A stretch of DNA of 64,000 bases from the NCBI GenBank assembly GCA_964291235.2, contig OZ219816.1, positions 544,001 to 608,000 of the forward strand. Direction: 5' to 3'. Shown in pieces: positions 9,360-20,364 of this stretch (positions are counted from its first letter, which is position 1; each line of letters begins with the position of its first letter). Source of the stretch: Vicinamibacteria bacterium. Lineage in GTDB: Bacteria > Acidobacteriota > Vicinamibacteria > Marinacidobacterales > Marinacidobacteraceae. The notes beneath the pieces were generated by a model, which saw only the letters and a list, made by a program, of their open reading frames with translations, had not been told where the DNA came from and did not search any database. The translations under genes were made by a program, and so were the position numbers.

Positions 9360-10672
9360 GGCGCTTCCCGTCCTTGCCCTCGGGTGCCGTGAGCCAGCTG
9401 GGGCGCTCGGGACCAAGAAGTTGACGAGCGCGGTCGCCCCGACTAGGCTCGGAGAGCGTAGTCGGGGCGGTAGGGCAGATCTGCTCTGCGCTAGGCTTGG
9501 GTGCCGGAGGGACGGTGAGCGGAATCGAAGGCACGACGTTTTGGTGGCATCGGAGTGTCCTCAAGAAGGCCCACCGGAAGACCACTGGCTTCTAGCCCGA
9601 GGGCAAGCTATCGAGGTCTATACGACGTTCAAGGAAGAGCTCAAGTGGCCGTCAGCCGCTACGGGAAGGAGCCGTACATGGTCCGGCATGTCAGGCAGAC
9701 TCCTACCGTGCTTCCAAGCAGCAGCAGGATGCCCTACGAACAAGCGGTTCGGTTGGGCTATTACTCACGCGGTGAACTGCAGGCCAAGGCTGCTACCGTT
9801 GTTGTGTCGGTAGGGCTTCAGGATCTGACCTTCTCCGACTACGCGGCCGTGGAGAAGGAGGGCGTCTAGTCATAAGCCAACATCAGGCAATTAGTGCATC
9901 GAGCGTGCCGATGGTTGGCATCTTGGCAACACCCGCGATACCCGACTTCAGGCTGCACGGGTTAGTGTTTTTCGTCGACGCGCAACTTGAAGCTGGCCTC
10001 CCGTACACGGCAATGGTCGCTAACGTCTGCCTCGCTGATCCGACGGTCCGCTACCGTGGCAGATCTCGCCGCGTGGCGCTGGAGGCTAAGTTGAATTGCC
10101 TAGGTGTGCACGCAGCAGTTGTTGATCCGAGCCCTCTTTCCGAGGTTTGTTCGTGTAGGCAACCAATCAAGTTCGCGGGGGATCCGCGTGAGAATCGACA
10201 GCTATTCCAGCCTCATGCCGGGAAATCGGAGCACCGGGCTCGCCGCGTCCCGAAGGAAGGGCTTCCGGTTGTGGCAGCGCCCAACGTGACGGCGGTCAGG
10301 CTGTCCGGAGGCATCAAGCTAACGTCTTGGACCATCCTGCAGCACATCTGATGTGGCTTCCGACCACTGAGCGTTGCGGTTCTTGGTTGCCAAGATGATG
10401 AACAGTTGGCCATGGCACGCCGATCTGTCATAGAGCAGTGGGTGACGTCCCGGATCGGAGCCGAGATCGACCGACCGAACGGTGCTCACCGGATGAACTG
10501 GTGAAGGATCGTGTGGTTCGGAACCCCGGGAGGAGCCGTTCCATTGTTTGGAGGTGTGCCGGTAGTCGGGGCGCTATCCCAGTCGATCCACTGACAGCCC
10601 GTCGAGTGCGTAGCTGAAGGCGTACTCGCGAACTTCTCTCCTGTTAGCAGCGGGTACGACCCGCGGTGCCGG

Positions 10673-12814
10673 TCACCGGTCCGCAGTGTCGAGTCGTCTG
10701 AAGTGACGAACGTACGCCTGGTACCGATCCCGAATCTGATGCACGTATTTCTTTACCTCCGAGCCGCGTACGTAACCATACACGGACCGATTGGAATACC
10801 GGGACTCGCTAAGCTTGACCATTGCCTCCTCGACGTTGCCGAACCACTTTGACGGGTCGAGCCCTAACGAGCTAGCCAGACGCCCGGCGTCCCGTACGTG
10901 GCCGTACCCTGCGTTATAGGCGGCCAGCGCGAACCAAAGTTGTTCGCCCGGCGGAAGGTTGGCGAAGCGTGCACGGCACCAGGCGAGATACCGCACCCCC
11001 GCTTCAATCCCCACCCGGGGGTCCGCGAGCTGCGTCGGGTCCATTCCCAAGTCACGGGCTGTGCGGGGCAGAACCTGTAGTAAGCCTAGCGCTCCTGCAA
11101 AGCTGACAACTCCGGGATCGAACCCGCTTTCCTGGTACATCTGGGCCACGAGCAGACGCCAGTCGAAGCCTTCCGCCTCGGCTATTGTCCTGACGAGGCC
11201 ATCGAACTGCGAAAGCTGGCGCCCGATAACGCGATGCGCGCGCCTGGTCTGCTCAGCGCGACGGTCTGCGAAATACTTGTTGTAGAGAAGGTTGAATTCC
11301 CGCCCGCGGTAGCCGGCATCGAGGAAGGCATCCAACTGCCGTTTCAGGTCATTCCTCTCGGGACCGACCGCCCAAACGAGTGGCACCGGGGCCCCAAGGC
11401 CAAAACCTAGGATCAGCCTCGGATCGAAGCCCGCCTCCAGTTGAGCCCGGTGGCGCTCGATGAGAGTCACCTCCAGGTCGCCGTCTGCCACTCCTCCCAG
11501 AATCCTTTCGCTGGACAGATCCGCTTCCTCGACGATGAAGGCTCCGTCCAACGCGGACAGCGCCGTGGCGTAACCCGCCCCTCGGGGAACAGTCACGGTT
11601 CGGCCCGCCAAGTCAGCCGGCGTCTTGATCGACTCTCCGGTCGACACGAAGATCTCAGAAGCCTCAAGATACGGGCGGGTGAAGAGCACGCCTTGATCGG
11701 ATCGCTGGGCGGTGGCAACCCACTCGGCAGCGACCAGATCTCCTCGCCCGGCGACAAGTTCATCGATCAGTTCCGTGTGATTTCCCGCGACGACCACAGA
11801 AAGGTCTAATCCGTGGGCACTTGCGAACATCCTCACCAACTCGTACTGGAACCCAAGCTGTTCTCCACGCCATAGGTAGTACGTCGACGGCGAACTGAGC
11901 GTCAGCATTCGCAATTGGCCGGAGGCGCGGATGGCGTCCCAGTCACGCGGGCCGTCGCCGACGTCGTAAACGGTGTGGCGTTCCGTCAGAAAGCGGTCGA
12001 GAGCGAACCGCAGATCGGGGTTTTCCGGGCGCACCGCCCAGGCGAGCTGGCGCAACTCGGGTAGTTCGCGCAGCTTGTGGATCTCCGGACTGCTTCGGAC
12101 CACGATGCGCGCGGCGGCCTCGTCCATGATCGTGGCCTCGAACGCGCCTGCCTCTATGAGTTCTTGGATGCCCTGATGGTCCGCGTCAACGGGAACGGCT
12201 GCGCGGGGCGCGTCTGGATAGTGCGTGGCGAGACTCGCCTCGTAGGCCGACCCCGGGATGACCCCGAAGCGCCCTAGCGAGCGCCCGATCACCCATTCGC
12301 GGGAGATCGTGAGCGGGATGGTGAAGGCGACCCGCGTCCGGCGCGGCTCGGTGACCGTCAGCGTTGCCGTTGCAACGTCGGCGCGGCCCGCTTCCAGGGC
12401 GGTGATTAGGCCCTCAATAGTCGGTAGCACGGTCCATTCCGCCCGCAGTCCTTGGCGCTCAGCGAATTGCTGTGCGAGAAGGAGATAGTTCTCTTCCGGC
12501 AGGCCCTGCGATGGCAAGGTTGTGAACTCCTCGGGACCCAAGCGAGCGAAACGAATGATCCCGCGCTCACGGATTGTCGGCCAATCGTCCCGCGTGCCCG
12601 TTGACACGTCGAAAGGGGTCACATCCGAATCCATGGGCCGACACCCGACAAGCAATAGCAGCGTCACAGCGGCGAACGCTGCGGGGCGGCGGCTATTGGA
12701 AAGTGGAACTGCGGCGCGCTCCGAACTCGGCTCGACGGATGCGGTCCCTAGGCAACAGGAACGGAATCGGTGTATCACGTCCCGTAACGATAGGTGTTCG
12801 CCGCAACAGGGCAC
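10673..12814 (-). CDS. mltF: MltF-like lytic transglycosylase lipoprotein with two family-3 SBP domains + SLT domain (start uncertain)
   Basis: Lipobox LLVGC, duplicated SBP repeats, SLT motifs QES, GLLQV, AAYNAGYG. Confidence 0.85.
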   Translation of the reverse strand: MPCCGEHLSLRDVIHRFRSCCLGTASVEPSSERAAVPLSNSRRPAAFAAVTLLLLVGCRPMDSDVTPFDVSTGTRDDWPTIRERGIIRFARLGPEEFTTLPSQGLPEENYLLLAQQFAERQGLRAEWTVLPTIEGLITALEAGRADVATATLTVTEPRRTRVAFTIPLTISREWVIGRSLGRFGVIPGSAYEASLATHYPDAPRAAVPVDADHQGIQELIEAGAFEATIMDEAAARIVVRSSPEIHKLRELPELRQLAWAVRPENPDLRFALDRFLTERHTVYDVGDGPRDWDAIRASGQLRMLTLSSPSTYYLWRGEQLGFQYELVRMFASAHGLDLSVVVAGNHTELIDELVAGRGDLVAAEWVATAQRSDQGVLFTRPYLEASEIFVSTGESIKTPADLAGRTVTVPRGAGYATALSALDGAFIVEEADLSSERILGGVADGDLEVTLIERHRAQLEAGFDPRLILGFGLGAPVPLVWAVGPERNDLKRQLDAFLDAGYRGREFNLLYNKYFADRRAEQTRRAHRVIGRQLSQFDGLVRTIAEAEGFDWRLLVAQMYQESGFDPGVVSFAGALGLLQVLPRTARDLGMDPTQLADPRVGIEAGVRYLAWCRARFANLPPGEQLWFALAAYNAGYGHVRDAGRLASSLGLDPSKWFGNVEEAMVKLSESRYSNRSVYGYVRGSEVKKYVHQIRDRYQAYVRHFRRLDTADR

Positions 12815-13114
12815 ATGGGCCAGCCGCCAGTCTAAACCGTCAGCATACGACTGAACAACGTGCCGAGTTTACACATCCAGTGTCGGTGGTGCGTCAGTTT
12901 AGCTGACGCACCACCCGCGAAGGCGTTCCTCAATCCAGGCCGCGTATTCCCCGCGAAGAGGGGCAGAGCTTCAGAAATCCGTCTCTCCGAGATCGAACCC
13001 TCGCCACGGCATCCCGCTTGCGCCGCCCGATGTTTACAAACGCGACGCAGAGATGTCAAATGCAGACGTAGCAACCTCGCAGCCCGGCTAGGGCGGCTCT
13101 GCCCTCTTCGCTCT

Positions 13115-13220
13115 CCCAACCAGGTACGTGGCTCACTGCTCCATGAGCGTCCAGCGCCGCTCGAACAGATCCGTCCGCCGGTAGGCCGCCTCGATGCTTG
13201 TCTTGTGGTCACATGAGTTA
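13115..13220 (-). pseudogene. Tyrosine-integrase C-terminal remnant 1
   Basis: SIEAAYRRTDLFERRWTLMEQ*ATYL. Confidence 0.8.
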
Positions 13221-13277
13221 GGGATCTTGATTGGTACTGTCATTTTGGCTGCCGAGTTCGGGTCGGTGCAGGGCTCC

Positions 13278-13800
13278 ATGAGCACCGGGACCTCGTGGTG
13301 TCGGCATGCGGTCGCCTGCATGTCGTTCGCCACAGCGCTGTTGTTCCCTTCCTCCGCGTGCGAGCCGGCCGGAGATAACGGCGCGAGTGTTGCGGTGGCA
13401 CGGCGTGAGACTGCCCCGGACGACGGCGCTCCCCCGGGAAGTGTTCCCGCAACAGGTCCGGTCATCGCCGTGTCGGCGGACAGGAGTCCGGGAGGGTTGC
13501 TGGTGGAGGCCGGCGCGCAGCTTGCGGCGCTGGACCAGAACGGAAACTCCGGCCTGACCAACGCCGCTCTCTTTGGAAACGCCGAGGCGGTAACGCTCCT
13601 GGTGAGCGAGGGCACCGACCCGAACGCCCATTCGGAACCGAATAGCCTCACACCGCTGCAAGCCATCTGTCGGGGTGAGCGATGGGCCTTTCGGGCCGGA
13701 ACCGAGGTTCGTTGCGAAGGAAGAGGAACGGTACACGGCAGCCTGGGTGCTCATCCACGCCGGAGGCGATCCGCACTTCTCTCCCGAGGGTCCTGCCATG
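13278..13800 (+). pseudogene. Degenerate secreted ankyrin-repeat protein
   Basis: LLVEAGAQLAALDQNGNSGLTNAALFGNAEAVTLLVSEGTDPNA..LTPL; continues in another frame (VLIHAGGDP). Confidence 0.6.
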
Positions 13801-14024
13801 CGTCGTGCTCGCGGAAGGCATCGGCGGTGCAATTGGGCGGTTGTACGCCGGGAAATCGACCAATCGCCGAACAGGGGCGGCGCTAGCTCTCTGCTGTCCG
13901 AGTCCTCTCGAAGCCCGTCAAAACGGAACCCCGATCCTGCCGGGAGACGAGCTTGTGCCGCGTTGCCGGTCGCGACCTGAGCCCCCGACCGAGTCCGCCT
14001 TAGCGGCTCAAGAACAATCCCTAG

Positions 14025-14218
14025 AACTCCAAGAGAGCCCGCCGCCGCTCGAACAGATCCGTGCTGCGTTAGGCCGCATCGGTGGCGTTCGTGCTCATGT
14101 GCGCCAGCGCCAGTTTACAGACCTCGCGCGGCGCGCCGGAACACTCTGCCGCCCAATCCCGAAAGCTCGAACGGAACCCGTGCGGGACCGCCCCGATCCC
14201 CAGATCTCGGACCAGCTT
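14025..14218 (-). pseudogene. Tyrosine-integrase C-terminal remnant 2
   Basis: KLVRDLGIGAVPHGFRSSFRDWAAECSGAPREVCKLALAH...DAA*RSTDLFERRR. Confidence 0.85.
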
Positions 14219-14658
14219 GGCGCGAGTCCCCCGACGAACGTAAAGCAGCCTATCGGGCGATAGGCGATAAACTTGGGGCTCTCCGGCCGTCTAGCGAGCG
14301 ACCTGCCTTCCGAGTCCCCAACCCCGGTGAGGAATGCGGCTAGCCACCTGATCCCGGAAGGAGGAAAGGAGACATGACGAAGGAGTGCGGGTCCCCGCTC
14401 TTTCGCGAGACTCAAAGACCCTTGGGGGAAACGGATCGCCAAAGGGACTACGGCAGGCAAGCCGTGCTCTCGCCCACGCCGCGTCGCTAACATGCGCCAC
14501 CCGGGGCCTCAGCGGCACTTCTTGCGCGCACGGTGCCCGTCCCGGCTTGAGATAATCGACGGTTATGAGGATGCCGTTCGCGGAATCGGGACGGCAACTC
14601 GCGGGAGACTAGCGCCAGCGATGCCGCACTCGTGGAACGATGTGGAGGCCAGTCCGTG

Positions 14659-15765
14659 ATGTCGGTTGGGCGACGGTCGCTCGCTGCAACCTTTATCCTC
14701 GCGACCCTTTCCCCGTCCGGATTTACCGGCTGTTGGTATCCCGAAGCCCCGAAGGAGTTGACGGCGGTCTCGTGGGGTGGCTATTACACCGAGGCGAGTG
14801 CGGAGGCGTACTACCGGCCGTTCGAAGAGAGCACTGGATTCACGGTTCGGCAGTTGACGTACAGCGGCGGGCTCGACGAGATTCGGGAACAGGTCACCTC
14901 CGGCGACATCGAGTGGGATGTCGTGGACCTAGAGATCTTCGACGCGGTCCGTGGCTGCAACGAAGGATTGCTGGAGCCGATCCCCTGGGTGATGTTGGCG
15001 CCCGCCGCGAACGGCACGCTGCCGGAGGAAGACTTCCTGGAGGACACGACGACGGAGTGCGGTGTAGGCGCTTCGGTGTACTCGACGATCTACGCATACG
15101 ACGGGGAGCGTTTCCCCCGTGAGAAGCCCACCACAGTTGCCGACTTCTTCGACGTTACGCGCTTCCCGGGGCGGCGCGGCATGCGACGCTCGCCTCAGGT
15201 AAATCTGGAGTTTGCCCTGATGGCTGACGACGTCCCGCCAGCGCGGGTGTACGATGCGCTCCGGACGCCAGCCGGTCAGGAGAGGGCATTTCGCAAGCTG
15301 GACGGCCTGCGCGATCACATCCGCTGGTGGGTGGAAGCGGACGATCCGGTTGAGATGCTCGCCGCCGGAGAGGTCGCGATGACGACCTCGTTCAACGGCC
15401 GGATGTTTCACGCCCGGTTTGTGCAGGGACACCAATTCACCATCGTCTGGCGCGGCCAGGTGGTGGACATCGGCCAGCAGGGGATTGTTCGCGGCACGCC
15501 GCGGCTCGCACAGGCGTTCCGGTTCGTGCGCCTCGGCTCCTCGGCTGAGGCCATCGCGACGCTCTCGCGCCACACGGCGTACAGCCCTTCGCGTAAGTCG
15601 GCGCTGCCGCTGGTAACCACGCACGTCGAGTCGGGGGTGGAGCTCGGGCCGCACCTGCCGGGCGCGCCCGAGAACATGGAGCACGCGCTTCGCAGCGACT
15701 GGCGCTGGTGGAGCGACAACTTCGACGAGATGAACGACCGGTTCCAAAGGTGGCTCGATAGGTAG
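14659..15765 (+). CDS. Orphan ABC-transporter substrate-binding lipoprotein (polyamine/PotD-like)
   Basis: Lipobox FTGC, LTAVSWGGYY, WDVVD, DFFDVTRFPGRRG, NLEFALMAD; no permease or ATPase nearby. Confidence 0.88.
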   Translation: MSVGRRSLAATFILATLSPSGFTGCWYPEAPKELTAVSWGGYYTEASAEAYYRPFEESTGFTVRQLTYSGGLDEIREQVTSGDIEWDVVDLEIFDAVRGCNEGLLEPIPWVMLAPAANGTLPEEDFLEDTTTECGVGASVYSTIYAYDGERFPREKPTTVADFFDVTRFPGRRGMRRSPQVNLEFALMADDVPPARVYDALRTPAGQERAFRKLDGLRDHIRWWVEADDPVEMLAAGEVAMTTSFNGRMFHARFVQGHQFTIVWRGQVVDIGQQGIVRGTPRLAQAFRFVRLGSSAEAIATLSRHTAYSPSRKSALPLVTTHVESGVELGPHLPGAPENMEHALRSDWRWWSDNFDEMNDRFQRWLDR

Positions 15766-15855
15766 CGAGATCCGTATCGAAGCCGAACGGTTCGCGCCGC
15801 GCTCGCGTCCGTTCTGACGCTCCCACCTCGATAGAGTCCTCAAGAAGGCGTCTCG

Positions 15856-16031
15856 GCAAGGAACGCAGCCCACTGCTCCATGAGCGCCCGCCGCCGCGCG
15901 AACAGGTCTGTCCGCCGATAGACGGCCTCGATGGCGTTCGCGTGCATGTGGGCCAGCGCCAGCTCGCACCCCTCCCGCGGGGCGTCGGACCACTCCGCCG
16001 CCCAGTCACGGAAGCTCGACCGGAACCCGTT
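15856..16031 (-). pseudogene. Tyrosine-integrase C-terminal remnant 3
   Basis: GFRSSFRDWAAEWSDAPREGCELALAHMHANAIEAVYRRTDLFARRRALMEQWAAFL. Confidence 0.85.
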
Positions 16032-16296
16032 TCACGGACCCCTCAGCACGACTCGTCGGAAGGAGCCGCAGCCGCTCGAAGCGCGCGGGGCGGACCCTGC
16101 CGCCGAGCCCGATCGGCTCCATACGGCCATGTGGCCACCTGTTCCCCTAAATCACCGCGATGTGGCAAATCAAAGTATGATATGATGCTACTCTGGTGCC
16201 TATGCATCGCCCACTCCCAAAGTCCACGACGGCCCGAGCGAGATCGTGCGCACCGTAGTCCCGAAGGCCATGGGGGGCCGCCCAGGCAGCATCTCC

Positions 16297-16635
16297 ATGA
16301 CAACGCTGGTCGTCCCCCACCGCTGCGACGGCGGCCCGGATCGCGTGGCCTTGGCGCTCGGGCTCAAGCAGTCTGGTTCGGAGTGGATTGGCGACTGTCC
16401 CGCGTGCGAGGGCTCTGAGGCGTTGGCAATCCGGGCGTCCCGCGAAGACCACCCCGAGCATTGCGTTTGCGTCTGCCAAGGAGCGTGCGTGGAGCCGACT
16501 GCCCTCCGCAACGCCCTTTCCCAAGCCCTCGGTCCGGATTCTCCCGCCCTCCCGGAGAGCAACAACGAGAGCAACAACGGAATCGCTGCCGAACACGTGA
16601 ATTTCGGCGGAGCGCTTCCCCGCAAACGCGACTGA
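16297..16635 (+). pseudogene. Isolated primase-type zinc-binding N-terminal domain (truncated)
   Basis: LGLKQSGSEWIGDCPACEG...CVCVCQGAC resembles Zn-binding domains of mobile-element primases; no catalytic domain follows. Confidence 0.5.
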
Positions 16636-16726
16636 GCCGAATCCCGGGAGGGCGTGCGTTCCACGCTTGGGTTGAGTCCGTGCGATCATCGAGTCTGAAC
16701 GCGCGGACGACGCCTCGGGGTCAGCC

Positions 16727-17765
16727 TCACGCCCCGACGTATTCCCCCCAAGCGTCCATCACCGGCCTGCGCTCATCGAACAGATCGGTCCGCCGATAAG
16801 CGCCTTCGGCGCCCTGGACGGCATGGGCCAGCGCGGCCTCCGCCAGCATCGGCGCGTTCCCCTGCTCGGCGCTCCAATCGCTGAACGTCGAGCGGAACCC
16901 GTGAACCGTCGCACGCTCGCCCACGCCCGCCGACCACAGCGCGTTCGTCAGCGCCATGTCCTTCAACTCCCGATCCCCCGAATGCCCGGGGAACACCAGT
17001 TCGCACCCCTTCCGGCTCCGCAACCGGCGGGCGCGCTCCAGGACCGCGACCGCCTCCGGACTCAGGGGAACGCGATGCTCCTTCCCGGCCTTCATACGCT
17101 CGCCGGGAAGCGTCCAGGTGCGGTTCTCCAAATCGACCTCCGACCAGCGCGCCTCCCGGGCCTCGCCGCTGCCCGCCGCCGTCAGGATCAGGAACCGGAG
17201 GCAGAGGCGGACCGCCGCCCGCGATCGCGACCCCTCCACCTTCGCCAGCAGTTCGCGCACCTCGGCGTGCGGCAGGGCGCGATGGCTCTTCGGACGGCGC
17301 CGCCGTTGCGGGAGGGCTCCCTCGATCGCCTCGCCCGCCACGTTCCGCTCGACGAACTCCCGCGCCTGCGCCCAGCCCAGCACGGTACGGATCTGCTGGC
17401 GCACCCGCTGGGCGGTGGTCGGCTTCCGATTCCACAGGTCGTCCTGGAAGAGCACCCGGAGCACGTCATCCCCGCGGATGGCGTCCACGCGCATCGGTCC
17501 GAGCGCGGGGAAGACATACCGCGCAAGCGTCCTCTCCCACACCCGGGCGTGCCCGTCGCCCCGCCAGTTCGCCCTCCGCTCCGCCAGCGTCCGCTCCGCC
17601 GCCTCCGAAAACGTGGGGGCGGCCCCGCGGCGGCGCTCCGCGATGGGGTCCTTCCCTTCCCACAGGGCGCGGCGGTTCTGGAGCGCGGCCATGCGGGCCT
17701 CGGCGAGCGGCACCAGGTCGAGGGGTCCGATGGTGATGTCCCGGCGGACCCCGTTGACAGTCAAG
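16727..17765 (-). pseudogene. 5'-truncated P4-like integrase, near-identical to 24631-25779, catalytic Arg changed to Gly
   Basis: Identity to the intact copy ends at ~17765; LTAAGSGEA versus LTAARSGEA. Confidence 0.88.
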
Positions 17766-18143
17766 GGGGTCCGCGCCGGTCGCACTCGTGACCCATTGAC
17801 TCCCTTGCGTTTACGGAGATCGATCCGCTGCGCCGGCCCCCGCCGCGGCCCCCCGCGCGGATGGGGGCTTACGGGGAGTTTTCAGCCTGCGCGGGAACTC
17901 TGACGCACTCTACGGGTAGGCGGACAGGGCCGAGCATTCAGCACCCGCGTCCAACGCCCACGACCGAGAGCTGGCCCCGGCTCACGTGAACACGAAGCGC
18001 ATCAAAGGTGGCTCTTCGGCGGGCGGACCAGGCCGCCACCGGCTTCACGGAGGCCCTCCACCTCCCCAACGCCGGGGGAGGCCAATGAGGTCCTGACCGG
18101 CCTGGGTGAGGTGTCGGCTGTGCAGTGCAGGACGGTCGCGCCC

Positions 18144-18968
18144 TCAATCGAGTCCCATCGCGCTGACCTTACGGAACACGCGGTCTGGAAGAAGCCGCTT
18201 CAGGACGCCAATGATCTTGCCGTCCCGGGTCGGATGGTAGCGGACGGGCTTCCGCTTCATGTGCACCAGCCGGTACACGGACGACGCCACCTCGACCGGG
18301 TCGACTGCGTTCGCCTGGAACTTCTTCGTAGCCGTTTCGATCGCGGGGATCATCCGGCGCATATAGGCGTCGTAGTCGCCGATCGGCACTTCCCGCGAGT
18401 TCGTCATGTGTGCGGCGAACTCCGTCTTCATCCCGCCCACCTCAAACACCGTCGCATCGATCCCCTGGCTCGCAAGCTCCCACTTGACCGTCTCGGTGAA
18501 CCCGGTCATCGCGAACTTGCTCGCGCAATAGGCGCTCTGCAGCGGAATGCCGAACAGCCCGGCCAGCGACGTGACGTTGACGATGAACCCCGAGCGCTGG
18601 GCGCGCATCACCGGCAGCACCGCACGCATCACCTCCAAGTGGCCGAAGAAGTTCGTCTCAAAGGCTCGGCGGAAGCTCTCGTCCGCGGTCTCCTCAAATG
18701 CCACCAGCCCGCCATAGCCGACATTGTTGAACAGCACGTCGATCCGGCCGAACGTCGCCACCGTCTCCTCGACTGCCGCCCGAACCGTCTCCGGGCGGGT
18801 AACATCCAGCTCGAAGACGCCGACGTTGTGCATGTCGGAAAACACGCCACCCTTGGTGGTATCACGCATCGTGGCGGCGACATTCCAGCCGTCGCGCCCT
18901 GCGAAATACTCGGCGACGGCCCTGCCGAGCCCTGCCGAACCGCCCGTCACGAGAATGGTCTTGCTCAT
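18144..18968 (-). CDS. Short-chain dehydrogenase/reductase
   Basis: TGGSAGLG, NNVG, YCASK. Confidence 0.92.
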   Translation of the reverse strand: MSKTILVTGGSAGLGRAVAEYFAGRDGWNVAATMRDTTKGGVFSDMHNVGVFELDVTRPETVRAAVEETVATFGRIDVLFNNVGYGGLVAFEETADESFRRAFETNFFGHLEVMRAVLPVMRAQRSGFIVNVTSLAGLFGIPLQSAYCASKFAMTGFTETVKWELASQGIDATVFEVGGMKTEFAAHMTNSREVPIGDYDAYMRRMIPAIETATKKFQANAVDPVEVASSVYRLVHMKRKPVRYHPTRDGKIIGVLKRLLPDRVFRKVSAMGLD

Positions 18969-19200
18969 CCGCCTTTGTCCCCCACTTCGGGCCGTGTTCG
19001 AGTTCATTGAAGGATGGTGCAACAACTCGGCGGGGTCACTCCGCGCTGCGCGCGGACTCCACACCGCCCATAGGAGAGTCGCATCGCTGGACCCGAGTGC
19101 CCTCGATCTGCGAGAACTGCCTGGACCGCATCAATCAGCTCACGTCACCATCGGAACGGCCTAAAGAAGGCGCAGTCCGGCGCGATGATATGGCCGGGAA

Positions 19201-20161
19201 TCAGTTGCGGACTCGGTCCCCGACCTGGATGCCGGCCCCGATGGTCACGGTGCCGACGGACGAAACGTCGTCCACTTCGTCAATGCGTACCTGACCCAGA
19301 TCCTCCGTGACCTCACGGAGGACCGCGCCGGTCGCCGGATCGGTGACTGTTCGCGTAACCCGCATGACCCTCAGCGTGTCGCCGACCTCAACGCCCGCCG
19401 CCGAACCCACGTTGAGGATCAGGGTGGCGCCATCCACATCGGCCACCAGGCCGTTCACCGGGACGACCGGGGCGACCCGCGCGGTGATCCGGTTGGAGGA
19501 CCGAACGAGCTGTCCCGACAACTGGTTGATGGCGGCCTCGGTCGCTTCGCCGAGGATGGTTTCGCGATAGCCGCTGCTGTTCATGGAGATCCGAGCCCAG
19601 CCGAGCGGCGTGCCTCCTCCGGCCGCGAGCAGCATCCCGGAGCGGTCCGAGCTGCCTTCACCCTCGCCGGCCGCCAGGATTTCGGCGGTGTCCGTGTTCA
19701 CCATCCGCGCGGTCAACTGGACCGCCGCCTTGCCGCTCTGCCGACCGACCCGGTCCACGAGTCCTCGCGTCAGCCGCCTCAGGCCACCGACGCTCCGGCC
19801 TTCCCGTTCCGTGCCGAACTGCGTGACGCTGCCGATGATGATGGCGTCCACACCCAGAATCCTGCCGATCGCCGCCGCCGACATCGGGTCGGCCCGGTCG
19901 CTGTTGGAAAAGTTCTGTTCGCGCAGGATCGCGTCGAGTCGGGTCCGTTCGATCACGCTATAGGTGCCGTCCCTCACCAGCTCTTCGACCAGCATGTCCG
20001 CGATCCCCCCCCCCAATGTCCCACTCTCCCTCCCACCATCTCGAGATGCTCGCGAACTCGAAATCGAGCACCGCCACCCGACTCCGGTTCTGAGCGAGGC
20101 TCACTGCGGAACCGAGCGTGAGCGCCAACAGGATGCATCCAATCGTCTTCGTTCGCTTCAT
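19201..20161 (-). pseudogene. CsgG/HfaB-family protein with FlgT-like C-terminus, frameshifted in a G10 tract (20005-20014)
   Basis: Signal peptide MKRTKTIGCILLAL, VAVLDFEF, then frame change to GIADMLVEELV..YSVIER, GRILGVDAIIIGSVTQFG. Confidence 0.85.
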
Positions 20162-20364
20162 CAGGCTACCTCCGTGGGCGCCTCCGACCGCGTGCCGAAT
20201 CTGCGCGAGCCCGAGCGGGCCGCGCCCGCGCACCGAACGCGCCGGAGCCAACATTGAGGATACGACAAGTCCGCAGGCAATGCACACGGCGCTCCGGCCG
20301 CGGGCGGCGGGGCGCCACGTCAGTCCCGGATCGTATCCCTCCCGCACACCCCGCCGGGCATGAA

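Noticed and set aside
12830-12915. Possible integron attC site (GTCTAAAC...GTTTAGC)
   Set aside because: Does not fit RYYYAAC/GTTRRRY, and the integrases are P4-like with arm-binding domains, not IntI
17790-17880. Possible att/arm-site remnant (CCATTG..CTTGC, GGGGGCTTACGGGG) similar to the region upstream of int
   Set aside because: Similarity is limited to 5-6-bp words and cannot be separated from chance
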